Source of the DNA: Kiloniellaceae bacterium
GTDB taxonomy: Bacteria > Pseudomonadota > Alphaproteobacteria > Kiloniellales > J153
Reading direction: 5' to 3'
DNA: 64,000 nucleotides
Assembly (NCBI GenBank): GCA_021776055.1
Contig: JAJFGP010000088.1
Coordinates: 4,642-68,641, forward strand
The translations under genes were made by a program, and so were the position numbers. This document shows, one piece after another, positions 9,449-18,269 of this stretch; the first letter of the stretch is position 1; every line of letters begins with the position of its first letter. The notes beneath the pieces were generated by a model that worked only from the letters and a program-made list of their open reading frames with translations, was not told where the DNA came from and did not search any database.

Positions 9449-10357
9449 TCAGCCGCGTCGGACGCGGGTGCCGATGCCGCGGTCGGTAAAGATTTCCAGT
9501 AGTAGCGAATGCGGCATCCGTCCATCCAGGATGACCGCCGCCTCGACCCCGTTTTCCACCGCGCTCACGCACGTCTCCAGCTTCGGGATCATGCCGCCTG
9601 AAACGGTACCGTCCTTACGCAGGGCGTGGATCTGTTCCACGGTCAACTCCGGGACCAACTCACCCTCTTTGTCGAGGACGCCGGTTACATCGGTAAGCAG
9701 CAGCAAGCGCGCCGCGCCGAGGGCCGCGGCAACTGCTCCGGCCACCGTATCGGCGTTTATGTTGTAGGTCTCGCCCTCGGCACCGACACCGATCGGGGCG
9801 ATGACCGGTATCATGCCGGACTGTTTCAGGGCGACCAGGGGGCTCGGATCGATCGTCTCGGGCTCGCCGACGAAACCCAGGTCCAGGACCCGCTCGATGT
9901 TCGAATTCTCGTCCCGCTGCGTCCGGCTCAATCGCTTGGCGCGGATCAGGTTGCCGTCCTTGCCGGACATGCCGATGGCGGTGCCGCCGGCGGCGTTGAT
10001 GGCGCTGACGATCTGCTTGTTGATGGTGCCCGAGAGGACCATCTCGACCACCTCGACGGTGGCGGCATCGGTAACTCGCAGGCCGTCGATGAATTCGCTC
10101 TTGATCTTAAGCCGTTCCAGCATCTGGCCGATCTGCGGACCGCCGCCATGCACAACGACCGGGTGAATGCCGACCTGCTTCATCAACGCGATATCGCTGG
10201 CGAACAAGCCGGCCAACTCCGCATCGCCCATGGCGCTGCCACCGTACTTGATGACGATGGTCCGGCCGGCATAGCGGCGCATGAACGGCAGCGCCTCGGT
10301 GATCGTCCGGGCGGCGTGCAGCCATTGCTTGGTATCGGTGAAGTTCCGTTGCGTCAT
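9449..10357 (-). CDS. argB: acetylglutamate kinase
   Basis: [24 protein letters not shown]...[10 protein letters not shown]. Confidence 0.95.
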   Translation of the reverse strand: MTQRNFTDTKQWLHAARTITEALPFMRRYAGRTIVIKYGGSAMGDAELAGLFASDIALMKQVGIHPVVVHGGGPQIGQMLERLKIKSEFIDGLRVTDAATVEVVEMVLSGTINKQIVSAINAAGGTAIGMSGKDGNLIRAKRLSRTQRDENSNIERVLDLGFVGEPETIDPSPLVALKQSGMIPVIAPIGVGAEGETYNINADTVAGAVAAALGAARLLLLTDVTGVLDKEGELVPELTVEQIHALRKDGTVSGGMIPKLETCVSAVENGVEAAVILDGRMPHSLLLEIFTDRGIGTRVRRG

Positions 10358-10366
10358 GGCCTAAGT

Positions 10367-11035
10367 TTAACTTTGAGTCGCCGGGGCCGCCAGCGTGGCA
10401 AGCAGGGCGCGCAAATCGGCGATGCCCGGGCCGCGCAGGGCGCTGGTCGCCACGCAGCCAGGATAGGCCGCCGGGTGCTTGGTCAGAGTCTCCGTTGTGC
10501 TTTGGACAAGTGTCGCGCACGCCTCGGGTCCGATTTTGTCGGCCTTGGTGAAGATGATCTGATAGGACGCGGCAACCTCGTCCAGTTCGGCCATGATATC
10601 GAGGTCGCTGGGTTTTAGGCCATGCCGCGCGTCTATCAAAAGGCAGATGCGCCGAAGCTGTGGCCGCCCTTTTAAGTAACGCCGGGTCAACTCGCTCCAT
10701 TGCTGCACGTCCGTCTTCGCGGCGCGGGCGTAGCCATAACCCGGCAGGTCGACGAGGATCAACCGGTTGTCCAGGCCGAAGAAATTGATTTGCCGCGTAC
10801 GGCCCGGCGTCTGCGAGGTGCGGGCGAGGGATTTGCGTCCGGTCAGCGCGTTCAGCAAGCTCGACTTGCCGACATTCGAACGACCGGCGAAGGCGACCTC
10901 GGGCAAACCAAGTTCAGGCAACTGTTCTTCCTGCGCCGCCGCCGTCAGGAACGTGCATTCGCGCGCAAACAACAATCGGCCGGCGGCCAACGCCTCCGGC
11001 GCTATTGTCTCGAGGGGGGCTGCCTGCGCGTTCAT
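10367..11035 (-). CDS. engB: ribosome biogenesis GTP-binding protein YihA/EngB
   Basis: GRSNVGKSSLLNALTGRK...LVDLPGYGYA...TKADK; conserved position next to yidC. Confidence 0.9.
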   Translation of the reverse strand: MNAQAAPLETIAPEALAAGRLLFARECTFLTAAAQEEQLPELGLPEVAFAGRSNVGKSSLLNALTGRKSLARTSQTPGRTRQINFFGLDNRLILVDLPGYGYARAAKTDVQQWSELTRRYLKGRPQLRRICLLIDARHGLKPSDLDIMAELDEVAASYQIIFTKADKIGPEACATLVQSTTETLTKHPAAYPGCVATSALRGPGIADLRALLATLAAPATQS

Positions 11036-11042
11036 GCGGGTA

Positions 11043-12803
11043 TTAGGTTTTTCCGGCCTTGCGGCCCACGGGCATGCCGACGCGCCGCATGATGAAGTAT
11101 TGCTGCGCCATCGAGAGCATGTTGTTCCAGGTCCAATAGACCACCAGACCGGCCGGGAACTGCGCCAGCAGGAAGGTGAAGATGATCGGCATGAACATGA
11201 AAATCTTGGCCTGAATGGGGTCCGGCGGCTGCGGGTTCAAGCGCTGCTGCAAGAACATGCTCAGGCCCATGGCAAGCGGCCAGACACCGATGTTGATAAT
11301 CTCCAGGGGCCCAAGGTTCGGCACCATCCAGGGCAGCAGACCGAAACCGTTGAGGATCGATGTCGGATCGGGCGCCGATAGGTCCTGAATCCAGCCAAAG
11401 AACGGCGCATGGCGCATCTCGATGGTTACGAACATGACTTTGTAGAGCGCGAAGAACACCGGAATCTGAACGACGATGGGCAGGCAGCCGGATACCGGGT
11501 TAGCGCCTTCCTTCTTATAGAGCGCGGCCATTTCTTGATTGAGCCGTTGCTTGTCCTCCTTGAAGCGCTCGCGCAACTCGACCATCTGCGGCTGCAACTT
11601 GCGCATCTTCGCCATGGACGCATAGGATTTATTGGCCAGCGGGAAGAACACCAGCTTCACGCCCACGGTCAGGATCAGAATGGCGACGCCGAAGTTGCCG
11701 ACCAGCCCGGTAATATAGTGCAGCGCATAGAACAGCGGCTTGGTGAGGAAATAAAACCAGCCGAAATCGACCGACAGGTCAAAACGGGCGATGCCGAGAC
11801 GATCGCGGTAATCGTCGAGGCCTGTGACAACTTTGGCGCCCGCGAACAGGCGGCTCGTTGTCTCGGCGGCGCCGCCCGCCGGCACTTTCAAGGCCTCGTA
11901 AAGGAAATCCGTCTGATATTTGTCGGCGCCACTCGATCCGTCATAGAGGAAGCGGGTGTCGACCGTCTTTTCCTGATCGGGAACCAGGGCAACCATCCAG
12001 TACTTGTCGGTAATGCCCAGCCAGCCGCCCGTTGTCTGCTGCGCGATCTGGCGGTCGTCCTTTAGATCGCTATAGTCGATCTCCTGGAGGGTGTCATCGA
12101 AGACGCCCAGCAGGCCCTCATGCAGAATGTAAAAGCCCAGAATCGGCGGCGTCCCCGTGCGCGAGATCAGGCCATACGGTGCCAGCGATACGGCAGTATC
12201 CGAGCTGTTCACGACCCGCTGCGCGACCGTGAACATATAGTGCTCGTCGATCTCGTAGGTGCGCTCGAAGCGCAGTCCCTGGCCGTTGTCCCACTTCAAA
12301 GTCACCGGCCGGCCCGGCGACAGCACGTTGCTGTTCGCCTGCCACACGGTATCGGCACCCGGTAAGGTTACGCCGGGGGCGATCGACGACCAGCCGAAAT
12401 CGGCAAAATACGGCTTCTCGCCTTCCGGCGGTGAAAGCAGCACGATATTCTTGCTCTCCGGCTCGATGGTTTCCCGGTACTCCAGCAGGGTCAGATCGTC
12501 GATCCTGCCGCCGGTCAGGGCGATGGAACCGGTCAGTGTCGGAGTCGAGATGCTCACGCGGGCGGATGCCGCCAGCGCTTCGGCTCGCGTCAGTGCCCCT
12601 GGCACGCCGCTGGACGCAGCGCCCGACGCGCCCGGCGGGGCCATCGCCGTGGGCGCGGTGCTGCCCGCTTGCGGAGTGGGGGTTGTCTGCTCGGCGACCT
12701 GATTGGCGGTTTCGACCCGTTGCGGCTCGACCACCAGGAACTGGAAAGTCAGCAGGATGGCGAGCGAAAGGACAATCGCCAGAATGAGGTTGCGTTGGTC
12801 CAT
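11043..12803 (-). CDS. yidC: membrane protein insertase YidC
   Basis: 586 aa; large periplasmic domain, then the GCLPIVVQIPVFFALYKV and NPQPPDPIQAKIFMFMPIIFTF motifs. Confidence 0.95.
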   Translation of the reverse strand: MDQRNLILAIVLSLAILLTFQFLVVEPQRVETANQVAEQTTPTPQAGSTAPTAMAPPGASGAASSGVPGALTRAEALAASARVSISTPTLTGSIALTGGRIDDLTLLEYRETIEPESKNIVLLSPPEGEKPYFADFGWSSIAPGVTLPGADTVWQANSNVLSPGRPVTLKWDNGQGLRFERTYEIDEHYMFTVAQRVVNSSDTAVSLAPYGLISRTGTPPILGFYILHEGLLGVFDDTLQEIDYSDLKDDRQIAQQTTGGWLGITDKYWMVALVPDQEKTVDTRFLYDGSSGADKYQTDFLYEALKVPAGGAAETTSRLFAGAKVVTGLDDYRDRLGIARFDLSVDFGWFYFLTKPLFYALHYITGLVGNFGVAILILTVGVKLVFFPLANKSYASMAKMRKLQPQMVELRERFKEDKQRLNQEMAALYKKEGANPVSGCLPIVVQIPVFFALYKVMFVTIEMRHAPFFGWIQDLSAPDPTSILNGFGLLPWMVPNLGPLEIINIGVWPLAMGLSMFLQQRLNPQPPDPIQAKIFMFMPIIFTFLLAQFPAGLVVYWTWNNMLSMAQQYFIMRRVGMPVGRKAGKT

Positions 12804-12807
12804 CGCG

Positions 12808-13083
12808 TCATCCGCTCCTGGGGCCTAGAGTTTTGCTCCGCCCGGAGAGCAGGGGATCGAGGTGTTCGGGAACCGGGTCGTAGCCGTCGCCGCCCCATGG
12901 GTGGCAGCGGGCGATACGCATTGCCGTAAGCCAACCGCCGCGCAGCGCGCCGTGCCGGTGCAAGGCTTCGCACGCATAGTGCGAACAGCTCGGCAGGTAT
13001 CTGCAACTCGTGGGCAGGATCGGCGACAGCGTCCACTGGTAGACGCGGACGACGCCGATCAAAAGATTCTTTGCCAGATTCAT
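12808..13083 (-). CDS. yidD: membrane protein insertion efficiency factor YidD
   Basis: [61 protein letters not shown]. Confidence 0.9.
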   Translation of the reverse strand: MNLAKNLLIGVVRVYQWTLSPILPTSCRYLPSCSHYACEALHRHGALRGGWLTAMRIARCHPWGGDGYDPVPEHLDPLLSGRSKTLGPRSG

Positions 13084-13544
13084 GCGGTCCCTTTGGTGCC
13101 CGGCCCCTGATGACTCAAATGGCGGACGCTCGATCGTTTGCTAGGGCTTCGTGTCGTCGTCACTCGCGACAGCGCGGTGCGTAGATCATCGACTAGCTTG
13201 TCGTAGGAGCGATCGAGGGTCGCCCGCCGGCCGATCAAGACGTAGTCGTAACCGGGACGGGCATATCGGGGCAAGAGCTCGGTAGCGGCCGCGCGCAGCC
13301 GGCGTTTGGCCCGATTGCGCTCGGTTGCCTGACCCACCTTGCGGCTGACCGTAAAACCGACTCGTACGCTCTGCGCGGCGGGATCCCGCCGCTCGCCGGT
13401 ACTTCCGGGAACAGGCCGATCCTGGGGGCTGCGCAGTCTAGCTTGCAGGATAAGGCCTGGCGTCACCCACTTGGTGCGCGCCGCGGCGACCTTGAGAAAA
13501 TCGGGCCGCTTTTTCAGACGCCCGACGACCGGCACCACCGCCAT
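13080..13544 (-). CDS. rnpA: ribonuclease P protein component
   Basis: [22 protein letters not shown] motif; ATGA overlap with yidD; directly downstream of rpmH. Confidence 0.85.
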   Translation of the reverse strand: MAVVPVVGRLKKRPDFLKVAAARTKWVTPGLILQARLRSPQDRPVPGSTGERRDPAAQSVRVGFTVSRKVGQATERNRAKRRLRAAATELLPRYARPGYDYVLIGRRATLDRSYDKLVDDLRTALSRVTTTRSPSKRSSVRHLSHQGPGTKGTA

Positions 13545-13679
13545 CTACGCCGACAGGCGTTTGCGACCCTTGGCGCGCCGCCGCGCAAGTATCCTTTGAC
13601 CGCCGACCGTGGCTTTGCGGGCCCGGAACCCATGGCGGCGCTTTCGCACCAGCACACTGGGCTGATAAGTGCGCTTCAC
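13545..13679 (-). CDS. rpmH: 50S ribosomal protein L34
   Basis: GTG start at 13679 gives (M)[43 protein letters not shown]; the upstream part of the track ORF is not L34. Confidence 0.9.
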   Translation of the reverse strand: MKRTYQPSVLVRKRRHGFRARKATVGGQRILARRRAKGRKRLSA

Positions 13680-13973
13680 GGCAGTAACTCCGTTGCTTGG
13701 ATGGATTGAATTCGCCGAGGGTGTATAAGGGTAGACACCCCATCTGTCAACGACCGCCAAGGGGGGTGGCCGGGGTTCGGGCTGATAGTCGGGCTGGGGC
13801 CGGCTTCACAGGGGTTTCACGCCTTGGTGACTGGTTGCGACGGCTGGGAGATGCTAGAAAACCGGCCGAAATGGGCTTTGCCGGTATCGCCTGACGGTGA
13901 TCGGCGGCGCTCACACATAGACCGCCCACCGGCGGGCCGGTGGCCGGGCGGCGGGCACACAGAATGAAGCTGT

Positions 13974-14717
13974 ATGATGTGTGAGCCGAGCCAGGCTTCC
14001 AAGACAAAGGGACACTTGTTCCGCCGGTTCGTGCCGGTGCTGGTCCTGGCGGCCGGCCTGGTTATGTTTTTCGTCCTCGGCCTGGACCACTATGTGAGTT
14101 TCGAGGCTCTACAGGAAAACCGAGAGTGGCTGCGCGCCCAGGTGGAAGCGAACGAGGCCATGGCCGCCATGGCCCTGATTGCCGTCTATGCTCTGGTGAT
14201 CGCGTTTTCTCTGCCCGCCGGCGCTCTTCTGACCATCGCCGCCGGGTTTCTGTTTGGCACGGTGGTGGCGGCATCGTGTGTGGTCGTGGGAGCGACCGTG
14301 GGCGCCGCCGCTGTGTTCTTGGCGGCCCGCACGGCTTTTGCCGACATTCTGCGGGCCAAGGCGGGTGCGGGAATGCGCCGCATGGAGGCGGGTTTCCGCG
14401 AGAATGCCTGGAATTACCTGCTGGTGCTGCGTTTGATCCCGATCTTTCCCTTCTGGCTGGTCAATCTGGTTCCCGCGTTCCTGGGCGTGTCCTTGCGCAC
14501 CTACGTAACGGCGACATTTATCGGCATCATCCCGGGCACCGCGGTCTATGCCAGCTTGGGCAACGGCCTTGGCGCTATCTTCGCGGCGGGCGAGACACCC
14601 GATCTGCGCATCATCTTCGATCCCGAGGTGCTTCTCCCTATCCTTGCCTTAGCCGTCTTGGCGGTGGTTCCGGTTGTCTATAAGAAGGTGAAGGCGCGTA
14701 ACGCCACCTCGCGCTAG
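13974..14717 (+). CDS. TVP38/TMEM64 (DedA-related) family membrane protein
   Basis: 247 aa polytopic protein; FSLPAGALLTIAAGFLFG and LRLIPIFPFWLVNLVPAF motifs. Confidence 0.75.
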   Translation: MMCEPSQASKTKGHLFRRFVPVLVLAAGLVMFFVLGLDHYVSFEALQENREWLRAQVEANEAMAAMALIAVYALVIAFSLPAGALLTIAAGFLFGTVVAASCVVVGATVGAAAVFLAARTAFADILRAKAGAGMRRMEAGFRENAWNYLLVLRLIPIFPFWLVNLVPAFLGVSLRTYVTATFIGIIPGTAVYASLGNGLGAIFAAGETPDLRIIFDPEVLLPILALAVLAVVPVVYKKVKARNATSR

Positions 14718-14739
14718 GACACAACCCAAAGAGTTCAGG

Positions 14740-16164
14740 ATGCCCACGATCATCGAACCGGACATCTGCGTCATCGGTGCCGGCTCCGCCGGACTCTCGA
14801 TCGCCGCCGGGGCTTCGCAAATGGGCGCCGAAACGGTCTTGATCGAAAAGGGCCGGATGGGCGGCGATTGCCTTAACTATGGGTGTATCCCCTCGAAAGC
14901 CCTCTTGGTTGCGGCCAAGGCCGCGCACGCGCACACGCGGATGTCAGAGCTGGGCCTGCGCGCCAAGGCGCCGGAAGTCGACTTTGCCGCCGTTTCCGCC
15001 CACGTTCACGGGGTCATCGATACCATCGCCCCGCATGACTCCGTTGAGCGGTTCGAGGGTCTTGGTGTCCGAGTAATCCAGGCCGCCGCGACTTTTACCG
15101 GCCCGCGAGAGGTATCGGCCGGCGATCTGCGGATTCGTGCCCGGCGCTTCGTCGTCGCCACCGGCTCGCAGCCCCTGGTGCCGCCGATCCCCGGTCTAGC
15201 GTCCACGCCCTATCTGACCAACGAGACGGTCTTCGATCTAACCGAGCTGCCGGCACATCTCATCGTCATTGGCGGTGGCCCGATCGGCTGCGAGCTAGGT
15301 CAGGCGTTCCGCCTGCTTGGCGCGCAGGTAACCATCGTTGAGATGGCCAGCATCCTGCCCAAGGACGATCCCGAGCTGGTCGACGTGGTCCGCCAGCGCC
15401 TGCGCGCCGACGGCATCGCGTTGCGCGAGGGCAGCCGTGTGGTGCGTGTCGCCAAGGCGGGCACCGGCATCGAGGTGACGGTCAACAGCGGCGAGGGCGA
15501 GACGGCGCTAACCGGCAGCACCCTGTTGCTCGCGGCGGGCCGCCGGCCCGGAGTCGAGGGCCTGGGTCTCGAAGCCGCGGGCATCGCCTATGACCGCCGG
15601 GGAATCACGGTGGATGCCCGCCTGCGCACCAGCAACAAGCGGGTCTTCGCCGCCGGCGATGTGAGCGGTGGCTATCAGTTTACCCATGTTGCCGGCTATC
15701 ACGCCGGAATCGTGCTGCGCAATGCCCTGTTCCGCTTGCCGGCCAAGGCCGATACACGCGCGGTTCCGTGGGTCACCTACACCGATCCGGAATTGGCGCA
15801 CGTGGGCCTGGATGAGGCGGGCGCACGCCAGGCGCACGGCAAGATCCGCATCCTGCGCTGGCCGTTCGCCGAGGTCGATCGGGCCCTGGCCGAGCGCCGG
15901 ACGGACGGCTTCATCAAGGTTATCGCCACGCCGCGCGGCAAGATTCTCGGTGCCACCATTGTCGGGGCCCATGCCGGTGAAGGCATCTTGCCGTGGGTGC
16001 TGGCGTTAACGAAAGGGCTTAACCTCTCCCATATGGCCCAAATCATCGCGCCCTATCCGACCTTGGGCGAGATTAGCAAGCGGGTGGCCGGTAGCTTCTA
16101 TACGGATCGGCTGTTCAGTGCCGGAACCAAGCGTCTGGTCCGCTTTCTCGCTCGCTTCGGCTGA
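14740..16164 (+). CDS. FAD-dependent pyridine nucleotide-disulfide oxidoreductase (dihydrolipoyl dehydrogenase / mercuric reductase-like)
   Basis: ICVIGAGSAG dinucleotide fold; redox-active GGDCLNYGCIPSKALL; C-terminal dimerisation domain. Confidence 0.85.
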   Translation: MPTIIEPDICVIGAGSAGLSIAAGASQMGAETVLIEKGRMGGDCLNYGCIPSKALLVAAKAAHAHTRMSELGLRAKAPEVDFAAVSAHVHGVIDTIAPHDSVERFEGLGVRVIQAAATFTGPREVSAGDLRIRARRFVVATGSQPLVPPIPGLASTPYLTNETVFDLTELPAHLIVIGGGPIGCELGQAFRLLGAQVTIVEMASILPKDDPELVDVVRQRLRADGIALREGSRVVRVAKAGTGIEVTVNSGEGETALTGSTLLLAAGRRPGVEGLGLEAAGIAYDRRGITVDARLRTSNKRVFAAGDVSGGYQFTHVAGYHAGIVLRNALFRLPAKADTRAVPWVTYTDPELAHVGLDEAGARQAHGKIRILRWPFAEVDRALAERRTDGFIKVIATPRGKILGATIVGAHAGEGILPWVLALTKGLNLSHMAQIIAPYPTLGEISKRVAGSFYTDRLFSAGTKRLVRFLARFG

Positions 16165-16356
16165 GTTGGTTCCTACTCTCTCTTTCACGGAAATTTGAAC
16201 CGAATACTGGGAACGTGAGTCGAGATTGGGCAACCGAGAGGGCATTATTTCACTATAGACGGTATCCGGACCGTCTGGCCTGGGACCCGAAGGGTTCCCC
16301 GGACTCCGGAACCCCAATGGCCGCCTAGCCGGCCCATCTTTATCTTGGAGGCGTGG

Positions 16357-16653
16357 ATGTTAAAGAAAACTTTTGTGGCGCTGAGCGTTGCGACCCTGGC
16401 CACTGGCGCGGCGGTCCTGCCGACAGCTTCGGCCAAGGCGGATACGCCGGTGCAGATCGCGGCGTCGGATAAGTCGGCGTGCAACCCGTGTAATCCTTGT
16501 GCGGCGAAGAACCCGTGCAATCCGTGTAATCCTTGTGCGGCGAAGAATCCGTGCAATCCTTGTGCGGCGAAGAACCCGTGCAATCCGTGCAATCCTTGCG
16601 CGGCCAAGAATCCCTGTAACCCGTGCAACCCCTGCAAAGCCAAGAGCGACTAG
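16357..16653 (+). CDS. secreted cysteine-rich CNPC-repeat protein (98 aa, 14 Cys)
   Basis: ggagg SD 5 nt upstream of ATG 16357. Sec-type signal [29 protein letters not shown], then [12 protein letters not shown] x ~4.5. Differences between repeat units are almost all synonymous. Confidence 0.7.
   Translation: MLKKTFVALSVATLATGAAVLPTASAKADTPVQIAASDKSACNPCNPCAAKNPCNPCNPCAAKNPCNPCAAKNPCNPCNPCAAKNPCNPCNPCKAKSD
16480..16635 (+). repeat. in-frame tandem coding repeat (36-nt unit, one 27-nt unit)
   Basis: tgcaayccgtgyaatccttgygcggcsaagaayccs repeated head to tail inside the CDS. Confidence 0.9.
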
Positions 16654-16680
16654 CCTGCGCACGGCTAATCTTGGTTTGCT

Positions 16681-16773
16681 GAGGTGCCGGCGCGTCCGCT
16701 GCTTGACCGAACCCTCCCTCTCCCTTGGTCGGTAGCGGCGCGCCACCTCGGCGCCTCTAGAGCTTGATCTAGA
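16681..16773 (+). ncRNA. structured 3' region after the CNPC gene: long stem enclosing a hairpin with a CCCUCCCUCUCCC loop, then a tctaga hairpin. Candidate 3'UTR-derived sRNA
   Basis: Hand-folded: 16681-16694 pairs with 16739-16749; the inner stem 16705-16710/16725-16730 closes a 14-nt C/U loop; tctaga-gcttga-tctaga at 16756-16773. No U-tract seen. Confidence 0.3.
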
Positions 16774-16868
16774 GATTTCGCGATATGTGGCAGTGGCCGC
16801 CCGTCGCGTCAGTGCCGCCCCGGCAAAGGGCGGCCCATTCTGTTGCGACCCGTGCTATAAATCCCTCT

Positions 16869-18269
16869 ATGACGAGCAAGAAACTTAGCCTGCCGCCGTT
16901 GGCCAAGAGCCTATCGGCGCGGCTTCTGTTGCTGACGATATCCTTTGTGATGCTGGCCGAGGTGCTCATCTACGCGCCCTCGATCGGCCGGTTTCGCCTG
17001 GTTTACCTACAGGAACGCCTGGCCGCCGGGCATCTGGCGGTCCTGGCCCTCGAGGCGTCGCCCGATCAGGTCATCGGCGAGGACCTGGAGCGCGAGTTGC
17101 TCAAGCACGTCGGTGCCTATTCGGTTGCCTTGACCCGGCCCAACCAGGGCAAATTGATGTTGATGACCACGACGCCGGGGCCGATCGATGCCAGCTACGA
17201 TCTGCGTGCGGAAACGTTCTTTGGCCTGATCGGCGATGCGGCCGTAACTCTGCTCGGCGATGGCGAGCGGGTGCTGCGCGTGGTCGGCCTCTCGCCGCAG
17301 GACCCGGCCATTCAGGTCGAGGTGGTTCTCGAAGAGGGCCCCATGCGGAGCGAGATGGTCGGCTATTCCGAGCGCATCCTTGCCCTGTCCCTGGTCATCT
17401 CGCTATTCACGGCGGCATTGGTGGATCTCAGCCTGCATCTGCTCACCGTGCGTCCGATGCGGCGTATTACGGACAGCATGGCCCGCTTTCGCGACGATCC
17501 CGAGGATGCCTCCGGTATCATTCGTCCGTCGTCACGCAGCGACGAGGTTGGCATCGCCCAACGCGAACTGGCAACAATGCAGGAAGGTCTGCGCCGGGCG
17601 TTCCAGCAAAAAGCCCGCTTGGCGGCGCTGGGCACGGCCGTTACCAAGATCAATCACGATTTGCGGAATATCCTGGCGACCGCACGCCTGGTCTCTGACC
17701 GGCTGACGAGCAGCGACGATCCAGAGGTTCGGCGTGTTACCCCAACATTGGTTGCCGCCATCGACCGCGCGGTCAACCTGTGCGCCCAGACCCTGAACTT
17801 CACCCGCGAAGGTGCCCCGGTTGTCGAGCAATGCCGTTTCGACCTGGGCGCGCTGGTCGCCGATGTGGGCGGTACGCTGGAAGGGCAGGTCAATGGCAAG
17901 GCCGTGCTGCAATGCGCCCTGGACGGCCACTACCAGATCGAGGCCGACCGCGAACAGCTACACCGGGTGCTGTCCAATCTGGGACAGAACGCGATCCAGG
18001 CCGGTGCTACCCGTGTCGAAGTCAATGCCCGCCACGACGGCGATCACATCGTCATCGAGGTATCCGACAACGGTCCCGGTCTAGCACCGCGCGCCCGCGA
18101 GCAGCTTTTTCAGCCCTTCACCGGATCGTCACGGCCCGGCGGTACGGGCCTCGGCCTGGCCATCGCCCGCGAGTTGATGCGGGCGCACGGCGGCGATATC
18201 CGTCTGGAACGCTCAACCGGCGAAGGCACCTGCTTCCGCCTGACGTTGCCCAGCTCGCCAGCGCACTAG
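16869..18269 (+). CDS. membrane sensor histidine kinase (HAMP-HisKA-HATPase); no response regulator adjacent
   Basis: Two TM segments, H-box KINHDLRNILA, N-box LSNLGQNAIQA, G-boxes DNGPGL and GTGLGLAI. ATG at 16869 gives MTSKKLSLPPLAK. Confidence 0.85.
   Translation: MTSKKLSLPPLAKSLSARLLLLTISFVMLAEVLIYAPSIGRFRLVYLQERLAAGHLAVLALEASPDQVIGEDLERELLKHVGAYSVALTRPNQGKLMLMTTTPGPIDASYDLRAETFFGLIGDAAVTLLGDGERVLRVVGLSPQDPAIQVEVVLEEGPMRSEMVGYSERILALSLVISLFTAALVDLSLHLLTVRPMRRITDSMARFRDDPEDASGIIRPSSRSDEVGIAQRELATMQEGLRRAFQQKARLAALGTAVTKINHDLRNILATARLVSDRLTSSDDPEVRRVTPTLVAAIDRAVNLCAQTLNFTREGAPVVEQCRFDLGALVADVGGTLEGQVNGKAVLQCALDGHYQIEADREQLHRVLSNLGQNAIQAGATRVEVNARHDGDHIVIEVSDNGPGLAPRAREQLFQPFTGSSRPGGTGLGLAIARELMRAHGGDIRLERSTGEGTCFRLTLPSSPAH

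Noticed and set aside
16245-16643. Minus-strand ORF with a striking [12 protein letters not shown] repeat
   Set aside because: It is the reverse-complement reading of the CNPC repeat. The plus-strand frame has the SD, the signal peptide and synonymous-only repeat divergence, so the minus frame is a mirror artefact. I also considered and rejected a CRISPR-like array: the units are contiguous, in frame and have no spacers.
18266-18269. Convergent genes sharing overlapping stop codons (kinase/ggt at CTAG; cyclase/TPR protein at 28152..28155)
   Set aside because: This is real but ordinary compaction in dense genomes, with no evidence of a functional element.
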